A DNA stretch of 55,885 bases from Acidobacteriota bacterium (lineage in GTDB: Bacteria; Acidobacteriota; Thermoanaerobaculia; Multivoradales; JAHEKO01). Each line of letters begins with the position of its first letter. Within the stretch, counting starts at the first letter, position 1. Positions 9,840-18,411 of the stretch are shown here, one piece after another. Position numbers and translations under genes: made by a program. The stretch covers positions 1 to 55,885 of the forward strand of contig JAJCXP010000139.1 of NCBI GenBank assembly GCA_029263375.1, given 5' to 3'. The notes beneath the pieces were generated by a model, which saw only the letters and a list, made by a program, of their open reading frames with translations, searched no databases and was not told the origin of the DNA.

Positions 9840-10907
9840 ATGTCGGCCCCGGAAACCAAGCGGAAGAAACCCGCACCCTATCTGGAAATCCAGATCCACC
9901 CGAGCCAGATCCGGCGCGGTGTCTGGTACTTTTTTCTGAGCCGGCGTCAGGTCCAGCTCTCGCTGGTGGCGCTCGGCCTCCTGTCGGTCTTCGTCCTGGT
10001 CAACATGGTCTCGGCGCCGCGCGTCCTCGGCGACCTGTTGAGCCGCAGCACCTACCGGATCTACATCGATGACCGCCAGGAGCACGGCGAGCGGCTACAG
10101 AGTCTGGTGAACGAGCTCGGCGAGTTGCGCGAGCGCACCGACGAGCTCGATCTCCGGATGAGCCGTATCTTCGTCGCCTACGGGTTGAACAGCGAGGAGT
10201 CGATCGGGCAGGGTGGTTTTCCGTTCGAGCCCGCCGCGGTGCCCGAGTCGATCTACTCACGCCAGATCCAGCGCGGCCTGAAGATCCAGGCGCGCGTCAG
10301 CGAGCAGCTCCGGGTGCTGGATACCTTCGTGCGCGAGGTGCAGAGCTTCGAGGCCGCGCACGGTGACCAGGTGGAGACGACGCCTTCGACCTCGCCGCTG
10401 CGTCCCGAGAGCTTCGTCCTGACCAGCCCGTTCGGTACCCGGCGCAGCCCGTTCACCAAGCAGAGCGACTTTCACCCCGGGATCGATCTCGCGGCACAGG
10501 TCGGGACGCCGATCTACGCCCCCGCGGACGGGAAGGTCGTTTTCGCCGGGCGCATGCCGTTGCGCCAGAGCGTCGGCTGGTGGCGCTACGGCAACCTGGT
10601 CGCGATTCGCAACGGCGACCGGTTCATCACGCTGTTCGGCCATTGCGATGAGGTGATCGTGCGCAACGGACAGAGCGTCAAGCAGGGCGACCTGCTGGCG
10701 ACGGTCGGCAACACCGGCTGGAGCACCAGCCCACACCTGCACTACGAGGTGCGAGCGCGCAACGACGACGGCGACTTCGAGCCGGTCGATCCGCGGATCT
10801 ATATCCTCGACCATCGGTGGCGCGACGCGGAGCAGCTCCTGGTGCGCGCCCGTCGCGCGCCGGAGCACCGCGACTTCGAGCCGCTGCCGAAGATCATCGG
10901 CCGCTAG
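9840..10907 (+). CDS. M23 family metallopeptidase with N-terminal TM helix and coiled coil
   Basis: TSPFGTR, HPGIDL (HxxxD), PHLHYEV (HxH); hydrophobic segment LSLVALGLLSVFVLV. Confidence 0.9.
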   Translation: MSAPETKRKKPAPYLEIQIHPSQIRRGVWYFFLSRRQVQLSLVALGLLSVFVLVNMVSAPRVLGDLLSRSTYRIYIDDRQEHGERLQSLVNELGELRERTDELDLRMSRIFVAYGLNSEESIGQGGFPFEPAAVPESIYSRQIQRGLKIQARVSEQLRVLDTFVREVQSFEAAHGDQVETTPSTSPLRPESFVLTSPFGTRRSPFTKQSDFHPGIDLAAQVGTPIYAPADGKVVFAGRMPLRQSVGWWRYGNLVAIRNGDRFITLFGHCDEVIVRNGQSVKQGDLLATVGNTGWSTSPHLHYEVRARNDDGDFEPVDPRIYILDHRWRDAEQLLVRARRAPEHRDFEPLPKIIGR

Positions 10908-10929
10908 ACGGAGCCAGACAGGAGAGATC

Positions 10930-11757
10930 ATGGGACTCGGAGAAAAGATGGCCGCGAGGGTCAGTGGCCAGGGCTCGGACAGCCCGACGATGATCATCCC
11001 CCAGGGCACCGACATCCAGGTCGACGTTCACGGGCAGCTCTCGATTCGAACTCCGGGCAACCTGGTGATCCAGAACTCGGGCCACTACGCGACGCTGGAG
11101 TCGCTCAACGGCTCGATCCGAATTGACGCGCAGGCGGACGTCGAGGCGGTCAGCATCCGCTGCGCGCAGACCTGCTATGTCGAAGGCAGTCTCACCGCCT
11201 GGAAGGTGACTGCTCAGGCAATCCATCTGGAGGACGCTGCCAAGGCGAACATCGTCCTGCAGGAGACCGAGCGTCTCGAAATCGGCAGCGACGCCCGCCT
11301 GGTCGGCAACTTCTCCTCCGAGAAGGAGCTGTTCTATCTGTTCTCGCGTTTCGCCAGCGAGCTGCGCTCGCTGCCGGTGTTCGCCGACCGCAAGCGCGGG
11401 GCCGCCGAGCTGGCGGGTGACGCGGAGCCGGAGAATCTACTCTCCGAGGGAGCGGCTCCCGCGGCGGCCCCGACCGCGAGCGAAACGATCGAGGCTCCGG
11501 GCGAGGCGCGACGCCCGGTCAGCGCCGAGCTCGCCGACCCGCTGTTCTACTCGCTGGTCATTCTCGAGCGCGAGTTCTCCCGCCCGAGCTACGGCCCGAC
11601 CTCGCGCAAGATGATCGAGGAGCTGATCAAGCTCCTGCGCGCGCGCGATCTGGAGGGCTTGTCCAAGAGCTATCAGACCCTGTTCGGTCGGATCGTCGAG
11701 CCGGGGAAGGATCTGCAGCGGGTGTTCAAGGCGATGCAGGGGTACTTTCGGGGATGA
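10930..11757 (+). CDS. Hypothetical protein with divergent bactofilin-like (polymer-forming cytoskeletal) N-terminal domain and helical C-terminal extension
   Basis: IIPQGTDI...GSIRID...VEGSLTA...IHLEDAAK...RLEIGSDARLVGNF aligns by eye to bactofilin beta-helix repeats; AGGAG SD; adjacent to M23 gene. Confidence 0.6.
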   Translation: MGLGEKMAARVSGQGSDSPTMIIPQGTDIQVDVHGQLSIRTPGNLVIQNSGHYATLESLNGSIRIDAQADVEAVSIRCAQTCYVEGSLTAWKVTAQAIHLEDAAKANIVLQETERLEIGSDARLVGNFSSEKELFYLFSRFASELRSLPVFADRKRGAAELAGDAEPENLLSEGAAPAAAPTASETIEAPGEARRPVSAELADPLFYSLVILEREFSRPSYGPTSRKMIEELIKLLRARDLEGLSKSYQTLFGRIVEPGKDLQRVFKAMQGYFRG

Positions 11758-12077
11758 TGGCGGCTTGGATCCACCTGTCCGTCGGCGTGCTCCTCGCCGT
11801 GGTCTCTATCCCGCTCTGGATGGAGAAGGTGCCGAGGAACGGTTGGTACGGCCTACGCATCCAGAAGAGCATGGAGTCCGATGAGAACTGGTACCGGATC
11901 AACCGGTTCGGGGGGCAGGGCATGTTCGTGGTCGGCGCCCTGATCGCCATGATCGGGCTCGCCAACTGGCTCCGGCCGCCGCAGAGCGAGGCGATGACGG
12001 TCCTGTTGTTGACGGTGCCGCTCTTCCTGGTGCTGCCGTGGCTGGTGGTCGTGGTCTGGTACGCCGGCCGGCTCTAG
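11754..12077 (+). CDS. SdpI/YhfL family small membrane protein
   Basis: PRNGWYGLR...SDENWYRINRFGG pattern and three hydrophobic helices. Confidence 0.75.
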   Translation: MMAAWIHLSVGVLLAVVSIPLWMEKVPRNGWYGLRIQKSMESDENWYRINRFGGQGMFVVGALIAMIGLANWLRPPQSEAMTVLLLTVPLFLVLPWLVVVVWYAGRL

Positions 12078-12078
12078 C

Positions 12079-13842
12079 CTAGATCGCGGTCACCCGAACC
12101 ACCTCTTCAAAGGTGGTCACGCCCTCGGCCAGCTTCCTGAGCGCCGACTGGCGCAGCGTGTTCATGCCGCCGGCGACCGCTTCGCGCTTGATCTTCGGCG
12201 CGTCCGCGCCCTCGATCGTCAGGTGCTGGATGGTCTCGTTCATCGGCAGGAGCTCGAAGATGCCGGTGCGCTCGAGGTAGCCGGTGCCGCGGCACTCGAA
12301 GCAGCCCTCGCCGATCTTGCTGCGAGCGCGCTTGCCCTCGGGAATGGTCAGCCGCAGGGCCTTGATCTCGTCCTCCGTCAGGAAGTGATCGACGGTGCAG
12401 TGGCTGCAGACCTTTCTCGCCAATCGCTGGGCGACCGAGCCGATCAGGATCGAGGCGATCAGGTAGCGCTCGAGGCCGAGGTCGGCCAGGCGGGTGATCG
12501 ACGAGGCGGCATCGTTGGTGTGCAGGGTGGAGAAGACCAGGTGACCGGTGAGCGCCGCCTGGGCGGCGTACTGGGCGGTTTCCTGGTCGCGGATCTCACC
12601 GACCATGATGACGTCGGGATCCTGCCGCAGGATGTGCCGCAGCGCGGCTCCGAAGGTCACACCCGCCTTGGGGTGGACGGCGGTCTGGTTGAACTCTTCG
12701 TAGACCATCTCGATCGGGTCTTCGATGGTGGTGACATTGATCTCGCGGCTGGCGATGGTCTTGAGCGCCGAGTAGAGCGTGGTCGTCTTGCCCGAGCCGG
12801 TCGGGCCGGTCACCAGGATGATGCCGTGCGGCCGGGTGATGAACTCGCTGAAGACCCCGAGCTCGTCGGCATTGAAGCCGAGCTGGCCGAGGTCCTTGAG
12901 CAGCACCTCGGGGCCGAAGATGCGTAGGACGACCTTCTCCCCGAAGGCGGTCGGCAGGGTCGAGACCCGCAGTTCGATGTCGGTCGAGCCGCGCCGCGTC
13001 TTGAGGCGGCCGTCCTGGGGGCGGCGTTTCTCGGCGATGTCCAGGCGCGACATGGTCTTCAGGCGGCTGACCACCGCCTTGTGAACCACCTTGGGGATGG
13101 TCTGGATGTCGTGCAGTACGCCGTCGATCCGGAATCGGATCAGGCAGAGCTCCCGCTTCGGCTCGATGTGAATGTCGCTGGCGCGGGTGTCGTAGGCGTG
13201 TTGGAGCATGAACTCGACCGCATTGACGATGTGCTGATCGCTCGACTCGATCTCGGTCTCGCTCTTCAGGTGAACGAGCTGCTCGAGATTGCCGAGGTCG
13301 ATGCCCGAGGAGAGGTCGCGCTCGGCGCGCTTGACCGAGTGGCGGAGGCCGTAGACCTCGTTGATCGCCTTCAGGATGTCGGGCTCGGAGGCGACCACCA
13401 GGCTGACGTCGCGCTCGACGATGCGGCGGAAGGAGTCGATTCCTTCGATGTCGTAGGGGTTCGAGCAGGCGACCTTGAGCTTGCCGTTGTCCACCTGGAG
13501 CGGCAGCATCCGGTGTTTGCGTGCGAACGGCCGCGAGATCTTGGCCTCGATCAGGTCGGCGTCGAGCGCCAGGGTGTCGATACGGACGAAGGGCAGGCCG
13601 GAGTCCTTGGCCAGCGCCTCCGCGATCTCGAACTCGCCGAGCACGCTGTTCGGAGTGCCGTTGTTTGGCAGCCGCAGGCGCTCGACGACGTCGTAGGCCA
13701 CCGCTTTCTGCTCGTAGGCCCGAGGATCCCGCTGACGTGCCGGCATCGAGGCTGCCTCGCGAACAATCTCCTGGACTTGAACGCGGTTGATAAGTCCTTG
13801 TCTTTCAAGAACTTCTGCTATCGATTGCGGGGTCAGATGCAT
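12079..13842 (-). CDS. GspE/PulE/PilB family secretion ATPase (orphan)
   Basis: ASDIHIEP, DIAEKRRPQDGR, Walker A GPTGSGKTTT, TIEDPIE, LRQDPDVIMVGEIRD, STLHTND, CxxC..CxxC zinc motif. Confidence 0.93.
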   Translation of the reverse strand: MHLTPQSIAEVLERQGLINRVQVQEIVREAASMPARQRDPRAYEQKAVAYDVVERLRLPNNGTPNSVLGEFEIAEALAKDSGLPFVRIDTLALDADLIEAKISRPFARKHRMLPLQVDNGKLKVACSNPYDIEGIDSFRRIVERDVSLVVASEPDILKAINEVYGLRHSVKRAERDLSSGIDLGNLEQLVHLKSETEIESSDQHIVNAVEFMLQHAYDTRASDIHIEPKRELCLIRFRIDGVLHDIQTIPKVVHKAVVSRLKTMSRLDIAEKRRPQDGRLKTRRGSTDIELRVSTLPTAFGEKVVLRIFGPEVLLKDLGQLGFNADELGVFSEFITRPHGIILVTGPTGSGKTTTLYSALKTIASREINVTTIEDPIEMVYEEFNQTAVHPKAGVTFGAALRHILRQDPDVIMVGEIRDQETAQYAAQAALTGHLVFSTLHTNDAASSITRLADLGLERYLIASILIGSVAQRLARKVCSHCTVDHFLTEDEIKALRLTIPEGKRARSKIGEGCFECRGTGYLERTGIFELLPMNETIQHLTIEGADAPKIKREAVAGGMNTLRQSALRKLAEGVTTFEEVVRVTAI

Positions 13843-13851
13843 GCCGGCGGC

Positions 13852-13896
13852 AGTGTAGCAACGACGGTGGCGACTGGCTGTGAACGGTCTTACAAT
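13852..13896. promoter_or_regulatory. Divergent -10 boxes for gspE-like gene (TACACT, minus) and EamA gene (TACAAT, plus)
   Basis: Hexamers lie 9 and 10 nt upstream of the respective ATGs; no clear SD. Confidence 0.55.
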
Positions 13897-13906
13897 GCGG
13901 GTCTCG

Positions 13907-14785
13907 ATGGCAGCTCCCCTCTACCTGCTGGCGGCGGTGGTCAGCGCCCTGGCCTACTCGGCGGTAGACGTGTCACGCAAGATTCTGGTGGAGCGCGTCC
14001 GGCCGATGCCGCTGCTGTGCGTGTTCTCGCTCGGCAGCGCACCTCTGTTCGCCCTCTGGTGGGGTTGGCTCGGTAACTACGAGGTCGGCGCGGGCTACTG
14101 GCTTCCGGGCGGCGTCTCCGTGGTGCTGAACATCGTGTCCAACGTGCTCTTCCTCGAGGCGGTGCGGGTTTCGCCGCTGAGCGTCACGATCCCGATGCTG
14201 TCGCTCACCCCGGTGTTCACGACGCTCCTGGGTGTGCCGATGCTCGGTGAGGTGCCAAGCCCGAGCCAGGCGGTCGGAATCGCCCTGGTGGTGGTGGGCG
14301 CATTCGCGATCAATCTGGGGATCGGCGACGGGTTGTCGCCGCTCCGCGCCTGGCGGTCGCTATGCCGAGAGTCGGGCTCGCTGTTGATGGCGATCGTGGC
14401 GCTGCTCTGGTCGGTGGCGACGCCGCTCGACAAGCTGGCGATGGGGCACGCGAGCCCTGCATTCCACGGCCTGGCGCTCAACGCCGGCGTCGGCGTCGGC
14501 GTGCTACTGCTGTTGATCGGGCGCGGCAGGACCCACGAGTTGCGACTGCCATCCGGCACGCGCTGGACCGCGGTCGGGTCGATCGCCGGCAGTACGCTCG
14601 CGATCGGGCTCTACCTGGTCGCGATCTCTCACCTCTGGGTCGGGCTGGTGGAGAGCTTGAAGCGCGGCCTCGGCTCGGCTGGGGCGCTCGGTCTCGGCCG
14701 CCTGCTGTTCAGGGAGCGGATCGGCAGGGCGCAGATCATGGCGGTCGGCCTGATGATCGTCGGCGTCGTTCTGGTGCTCGTCTGA
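13907..14785 (+). CDS. DMT/EamA family transporter
   Basis: About 10 hydrophobic helices, two EamA-like halves (SPLSVTIPMLSLTPVF; FRERIG..QI); start could be 13895. Confidence 0.85.
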   Translation: MAAPLYLLAAVVSALAYSAVDVSRKILVERVRPMPLLCVFSLGSAPLFALWWGWLGNYEVGAGYWLPGGVSVVLNIVSNVLFLEAVRVSPLSVTIPMLSLTPVFTTLLGVPMLGEVPSPSQAVGIALVVVGAFAINLGIGDGLSPLRAWRSLCRESGSLLMAIVALLWSVATPLDKLAMGHASPAFHGLALNAGVGVGVLLLLIGRGRTHELRLPSGTRWTAVGSIAGSTLAIGLYLVAISHLWVGLVESLKRGLGSAGALGLGRLLFRERIGRAQIMAVGLMIVGVVLVLV

Positions 14786-14797
14786 GGCGCAGCCGCG

Positions 14798-15988
14798 TCA
14801 GGTCGAACGTGGCTCGGGCCAAGCTCGCTGAAGTCGCACCGTGGCTTCGAAGTGCGCGCGCACTTCGGCCATCGAGTCGCCGCCGAGCTTTTCGAGCAGG
14901 GCGTCGGCGAGGATCAGGGCGACCATCGATTCGGCGATCACGCCGGCCGCCGGCAGGGCGGTGACGTCGCTGCGCTCGTACTGCGACCGGTGCGGCTCCA
15001 TGGTGTCGAGGTCGACCGAGGGCATGCCCTTGCGCAGCGTCGAGATCGGCTTCTTGTAGGCCGTGATCACGACATCGGCGCCGTTGGTGACGCCGCCCTC
15101 CAGGCCACCCGCATGGTTGGTGGGCCGCGAGAAGCCACCGCCGTCGCCCAGCTCGATCGGATCGTGCGCGGCGCTGCCCGGACCGGCGCTGGCGGCGAGT
15201 GCGGCGCCGATCTCGACCGCCTTGACCGCCGGTACGGACATCACGGCGCGTGCCAGGCGTCCGTCGAGCTTCTCGTTCCATTGCACGTAGGAGCCGAGAC
15301 CGGCGGGCACTCCGTGTGCGATCACCGTGACCGCGCCGCCCAGCGTGTCGCCCTCGTCCTTGGTGCGATCGACCAGCGCCACCATCTCGTCCTCGAGATC
15401 GTGGTGGATGGCGCGCAGCGGCGAGCTCTCGTCGACTCTCTCGATCTCGGCCCAGTTTGGGACCGGCCGGTCGACGCCGATCGGCCCGAGCGACCGCACC
15501 CCGCTGCGGATCTCGATTCCGAGGTCGCTTAGCAGTAGCTTGGCGATCGAGCCGCAGGCGACCCGCGCCGCGCTCTCCCGGGCGGAGGCGCGCTCGAGCA
15601 CGTCACGGAGATCGCTCCGCAGGTATTTGAGGCCGCCGGCCAGGTCGGCGTGGCCCGGGCGCGGGGCATGCACGCGGCGCTTTTCGACCCGCGCGGGATC
15701 GGTCTCGATCGGATCCATCACCGCGCTCCAGCTCCGGAAGTCGCGATTCTCGATCCAGATGGCGATCGGCGAGCCGAGGGTCTCGCCGCCACGCACGCCG
15801 CCGCGGATCTCGACGGCGTCGGTCTCGATCTTCATACGGGCGCCGCGGCCATAGCCGTGCATTCGGCGTTTCATCTCGCGATGGATGAACTCGAGGTCGA
15901 CGGCGAGGCCCGCGGGCATGCCGGTGAGCACCGCCGTCAGGCCGGGCCCGTGGCTCTCGCCGGCGGTTGTGAGTAGCACGCGTCTCAT
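14798..15988 (-). CDS. aroC: Chorismate synthase
   Basis: TAGESHG, PRPGHAD, ERASARESAARV, NHAGGLEGGVTNG, KPISTL motifs. Confidence 0.97.
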   Translation of the reverse strand: MRRVLLTTAGESHGPGLTAVLTGMPAGLAVDLEFIHREMKRRMHGYGRGARMKIETDAVEIRGGVRGGETLGSPIAIWIENRDFRSWSAVMDPIETDPARVEKRRVHAPRPGHADLAGGLKYLRSDLRDVLERASARESAARVACGSIAKLLLSDLGIEIRSGVRSLGPIGVDRPVPNWAEIERVDESSPLRAIHHDLEDEMVALVDRTKDEGDTLGGAVTVIAHGVPAGLGSYVQWNEKLDGRLARAVMSVPAVKAVEIGAALAASAGPGSAAHDPIELGDGGGFSRPTNHAGGLEGGVTNGADVVITAYKKPISTLRKGMPSVDLDTMEPHRSQYERSDVTALPAAGVIAESMVALILADALLEKLGGDSMAEVRAHFEATVRLQRAWPEPRST

Positions 15989-16012
15989 CTGCAGACATTC
16001 TAGTTGGTCTAT

Positions 16013-16041
16013 TTGTCCGTGTTTCTATGGAGACATATACT
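16013..16041 (+). promoter_or_regulatory. Sigma-70 promoter of 16110 gene
   Basis: TTGTCC-N17-TATACT in an AT-rich intergenic stretch; aroC -10 TAGAAT on the opposite strand at 16002-15997. Confidence 0.6.
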
Positions 16042-16109
16042 GTGCCGGATCCAATAGAAAAACGTGGCCCGGAGAATAGCCGGGTCGCAAGGCAGAAGGA
16101 GGAGGAGTC

Positions 16110-17144
16110 ATGAGAAGACCTATGGTCTCATTTGCTCTGGCGCTCCTGGCTGTCGCGGTTGTCGCGGCGCCGGTGGCGGGCCAGAAGCTCGACCTGAACG
16201 GAGGTAGTGGCGGACCGCCGTCGATCCCCTCGGGCGGGATCGACTACAACGTCACCGTTGACGACACCGGTGCTGCGTACGAATTCGTCGATGCGACAGC
16301 AGGAACACAGATCTTTCCGGGCGACGACGAGTACATCGCAGTCGTCTGGCCGTTCGATTTCTCGGTCTACAACAACAGCTATGTCGGTGGCGTCGACTCG
16401 TTCGAGATCAACTCGAACGGCAGTGTTCACTTCGACATCGGCGGTCCGAGATCATTGTGGATCAACTGTGGTGACGCGCCGTCGACGATCGATGGGCAAT
16501 GGGTCGCGGTGCTCGGCGACGACCTCGACCCGACCGCGGCCGGCTCAGTCTGGTGGCATGTCACTGGCACCTCGCCGAATCAGACCCTGACCGTCGCCTG
16601 GCTCGGTGTTCCGGAGTTTGGCGGCACCGGCTCGGTCGACATTCAGGCCAACTTCTTCGAGGGCACCAATGCCATCGTCACGCAGTACATCGAGAACAGC
16701 CCACCAGACTTCGTCGGTGACGGCGTCATCGGGATCAACGCCGGTGATGGCGTGACCGGTACTCAGGTGTTCTGCGCCGCGTCCGGTGAGCTACCGAGTC
16801 GGGTCTTCGACGTCGAGTACATTCCGAAGTGCGCGATCACTGCGACCGTGAACGACAATCGTCCGCTTCACGGCGGTGATGCGCTGTGGGTCGACTTCGC
16901 GGTGGAGCACGCCAAGCCGGGCACGGTCAGTGCGAGTGCCACGGTGCTGGTCCGGGATCTCGCGACCGGACAGATCGTCGGTCGAACCCGCTATCGTGGT
17001 TTGGTCTTCGAGCAGTTCCAGCGCACGAACTTTGGTGGTCAGCTATCCGACGGTCTGCCGGCGGGGCGTTACGAGCTCAGCATCACTCTCAATGGGATGT
17101 CGGGCTGGAACTCGCGCTCTCGCGACCTGATCGTCATCGAGTAG
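16110..17144 (+). CDS. Secreted hypothetical protein, nidogen (NIDO)-like beta domain plus C-terminal beta-sandwich
   Basis: Signal peptide, strong AGGAGGAGG SD; PFDFSVY...INSNGSVHF...LGDDLDP...LTVAW...QANFFE pattern. Confidence 0.6.
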   Translation: MRRPMVSFALALLAVAVVAAPVAGQKLDLNGGSGGPPSIPSGGIDYNVTVDDTGAAYEFVDATAGTQIFPGDDEYIAVVWPFDFSVYNNSYVGGVDSFEINSNGSVHFDIGGPRSLWINCGDAPSTIDGQWVAVLGDDLDPTAAGSVWWHVTGTSPNQTLTVAWLGVPEFGGTGSVDIQANFFEGTNAIVTQYIENSPPDFVGDGVIGINAGDGVTGTQVFCAASGELPSRVFDVEYIPKCAITATVNDNRPLHGGDALWVDFAVEHAKPGTVSASATVLVRDLATGQIVGRTRYRGLVFEQFQRTNFGGQLSDGLPAGRYELSITLNGMSGWNSRSRDLIVIE

Positions 17145-17170
17145 GTACTCTTCAGACCTGAGCACGCTCG

Positions 17171-17207
17171 AGCCCGGCCCGGTGATCACACCGGGTCGGG
17201 CTTTTTC
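17171..17207 (+). terminator. Rho-independent terminator
   Basis: 14-bp stem agcccggcccggtg/caccgggtcgggct with ATCA loop followed by TTTTCTT. Confidence 0.85.
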
Positions 17208-17211
17208 TTCG

Positions 17212-17655
17212 TCAGCCGTCGACGCTACCGGTCAGGAGCGCCCGGAACGGCCGCTCCAGCGGCCCGGGAATCCGGCAGGCTCGACCCTTGGCGACGTCGA
17301 CCCATACGTGGTTGGTCGATCCACGCGCCAGGAGGGTGGAGTCGCGAAAGATCCGATACGCGAAGGTGAGGCCGCGGCTGGCCAGCTGCTCGAGACTGCA
17401 AGCGACGCGCACAACGTCGCCGTACCTGGCGCCCTTTCGGTACTCGAGGTGCGCGCCGGTGACCTGGAGCTGGAAGCCCATGCCTTCGATGTCGCGATAG
17501 TGGAAGCCCGCCTTCTGACACAGGGTCGTGCGAGCGAGCTCGAACCAGACCAGGTAATTGGCGTGATGGACCACGCCCATCTGATCGGTCTCGGCGTAGC
17601 GCACCTCGACGTCGATCTGGATCTCGGTCGGACCCTCGGGCTGGGCGCGAATCAA
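17212..17655 (-). CDS. Acyl-CoA thioesterase, YbgC/FadM hotdog family
   Basis: VRYAETDQMGVVHHANYLVWFELART; TTGA overlap with the upstream GT2 stop. Confidence 0.9.
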   Translation of the reverse strand: MIRAQPEGPTEIQIDVEVRYAETDQMGVVHHANYLVWFELARTTLCQKAGFHYRDIEGMGFQLQVTGAHLEYRKGARYGDVVRVACSLEQLASRGLTFAYRIFRDSTLLARGSTNHVWVDVAKGRACRIPGPLERPFRALLTGSVDG

Positions 17656-18368
17656 CGACTCTTGCCTCGCTTGGAGCTCACGGTACCGAAACTGTGGCGG
17701 AACACGGTCAGCAGGATCTTGTAGCCGGCCAGGAACGTCCCTTTGAGCGTGCCGGTGATCTTCGAGACGCCGACCCGTTTGCGATAGCTGACCGGCACCT
17801 CGACCACCCGCATCCCATGGCGCAGCGCCTTGACCTGGAGCTCGGCCGTCCAACCGAAGTCCTGGTCTTCCATCGCCAACCGCTCGAAGGCGTTCCAGCG
17901 GGCCGCCCGGAACGGTCCGAGATCGGTGTAGCGGTGGCCGTAGAGCAAGCGGATCAGAGTGCAGGCGACGAAATTGCCCATGCGCGCCTGGGGCAGGAGG
18001 GCGCCGGCCTCGCGGCGGCCGAGCGTGCGCGAGCCGATGACGACGTCGGCTTCGCCGGCGACGATCGGCGCGATCACCGCTGGCAGCTCCTCGGGGTGAT
18101 CCGAGTAGTCGCCGTCGAGAAACACGACGATCTCGGGTGGGTCGTTCTCGCGCAGGTGACTCAGGGCGCGCAGGCAGGCTGCGCCGTATCCGGGACGGGG
18201 CTCGAACACCACCATGGCGCCGCCCGCTCGGGCGACCTCGGCGGTGGTATCGGTCGAGTTGTTGTCGGCGACCACCACCCGGCGCACCGGCGGTCTGGGG
18301 ATCGCCGCCAGGACCAGCGGCAGCGAGCTCTCTTCGTTGAAGGCGGGGATGACGACGTCGACGCTCAA
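17652..18368 (-). CDS. Glycosyltransferase family 2 (polyprenol-phosphate mannose synthase-like)
   Basis: VVIPAFNEE, DNNSTD, FLDGD (DxD), YTDLGPFRA, EVPVSYRKR. Confidence 0.9.
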   Translation of the reverse strand: MSVDVVIPAFNEESSLPLVLAAIPRPPVRRVVVADNNSTDTTAEVARAGGAMVVFEPRPGYGAACLRALSHLRENDPPEIVVFLDGDYSDHPEELPAVIAPIVAGEADVVIGSRTLGRREAGALLPQARMGNFVACTLIRLLYGHRYTDLGPFRAARWNAFERLAMEDQDFGWTAELQVKALRHGMRVVEVPVSYRKRVGVSKITGTLKGTFLAGYKILLTVFRHSFGTVSSKRGKSR

Positions 18369-18376
18369 GATCGGGC

Positions 18377-18404
18377 AGCTTATCGAACGTCCGCCGGGTA
18401 AACT
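18377..18404. promoter_or_regulatory. Back-to-back -10 boxes for GT2 (TAAGCT, minus) and hisS (TAAACT, plus)
   Basis: 8 nt and 7 nt upstream of the respective start codons in a 43-bp intergenic gap. Confidence 0.55.
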
Positions 18405-18411
18405 CGGCCGG

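Noticed and set aside
16064-16090. Hairpin gtggcccgg/ccgggtcgc whose 3' side resembles the end of a c-di-GMP-I riboswitch
   Set aside because: The GCAAA/GNRA first stem is missing and the leader is too short; treated as a simple 5' UTR hairpin.
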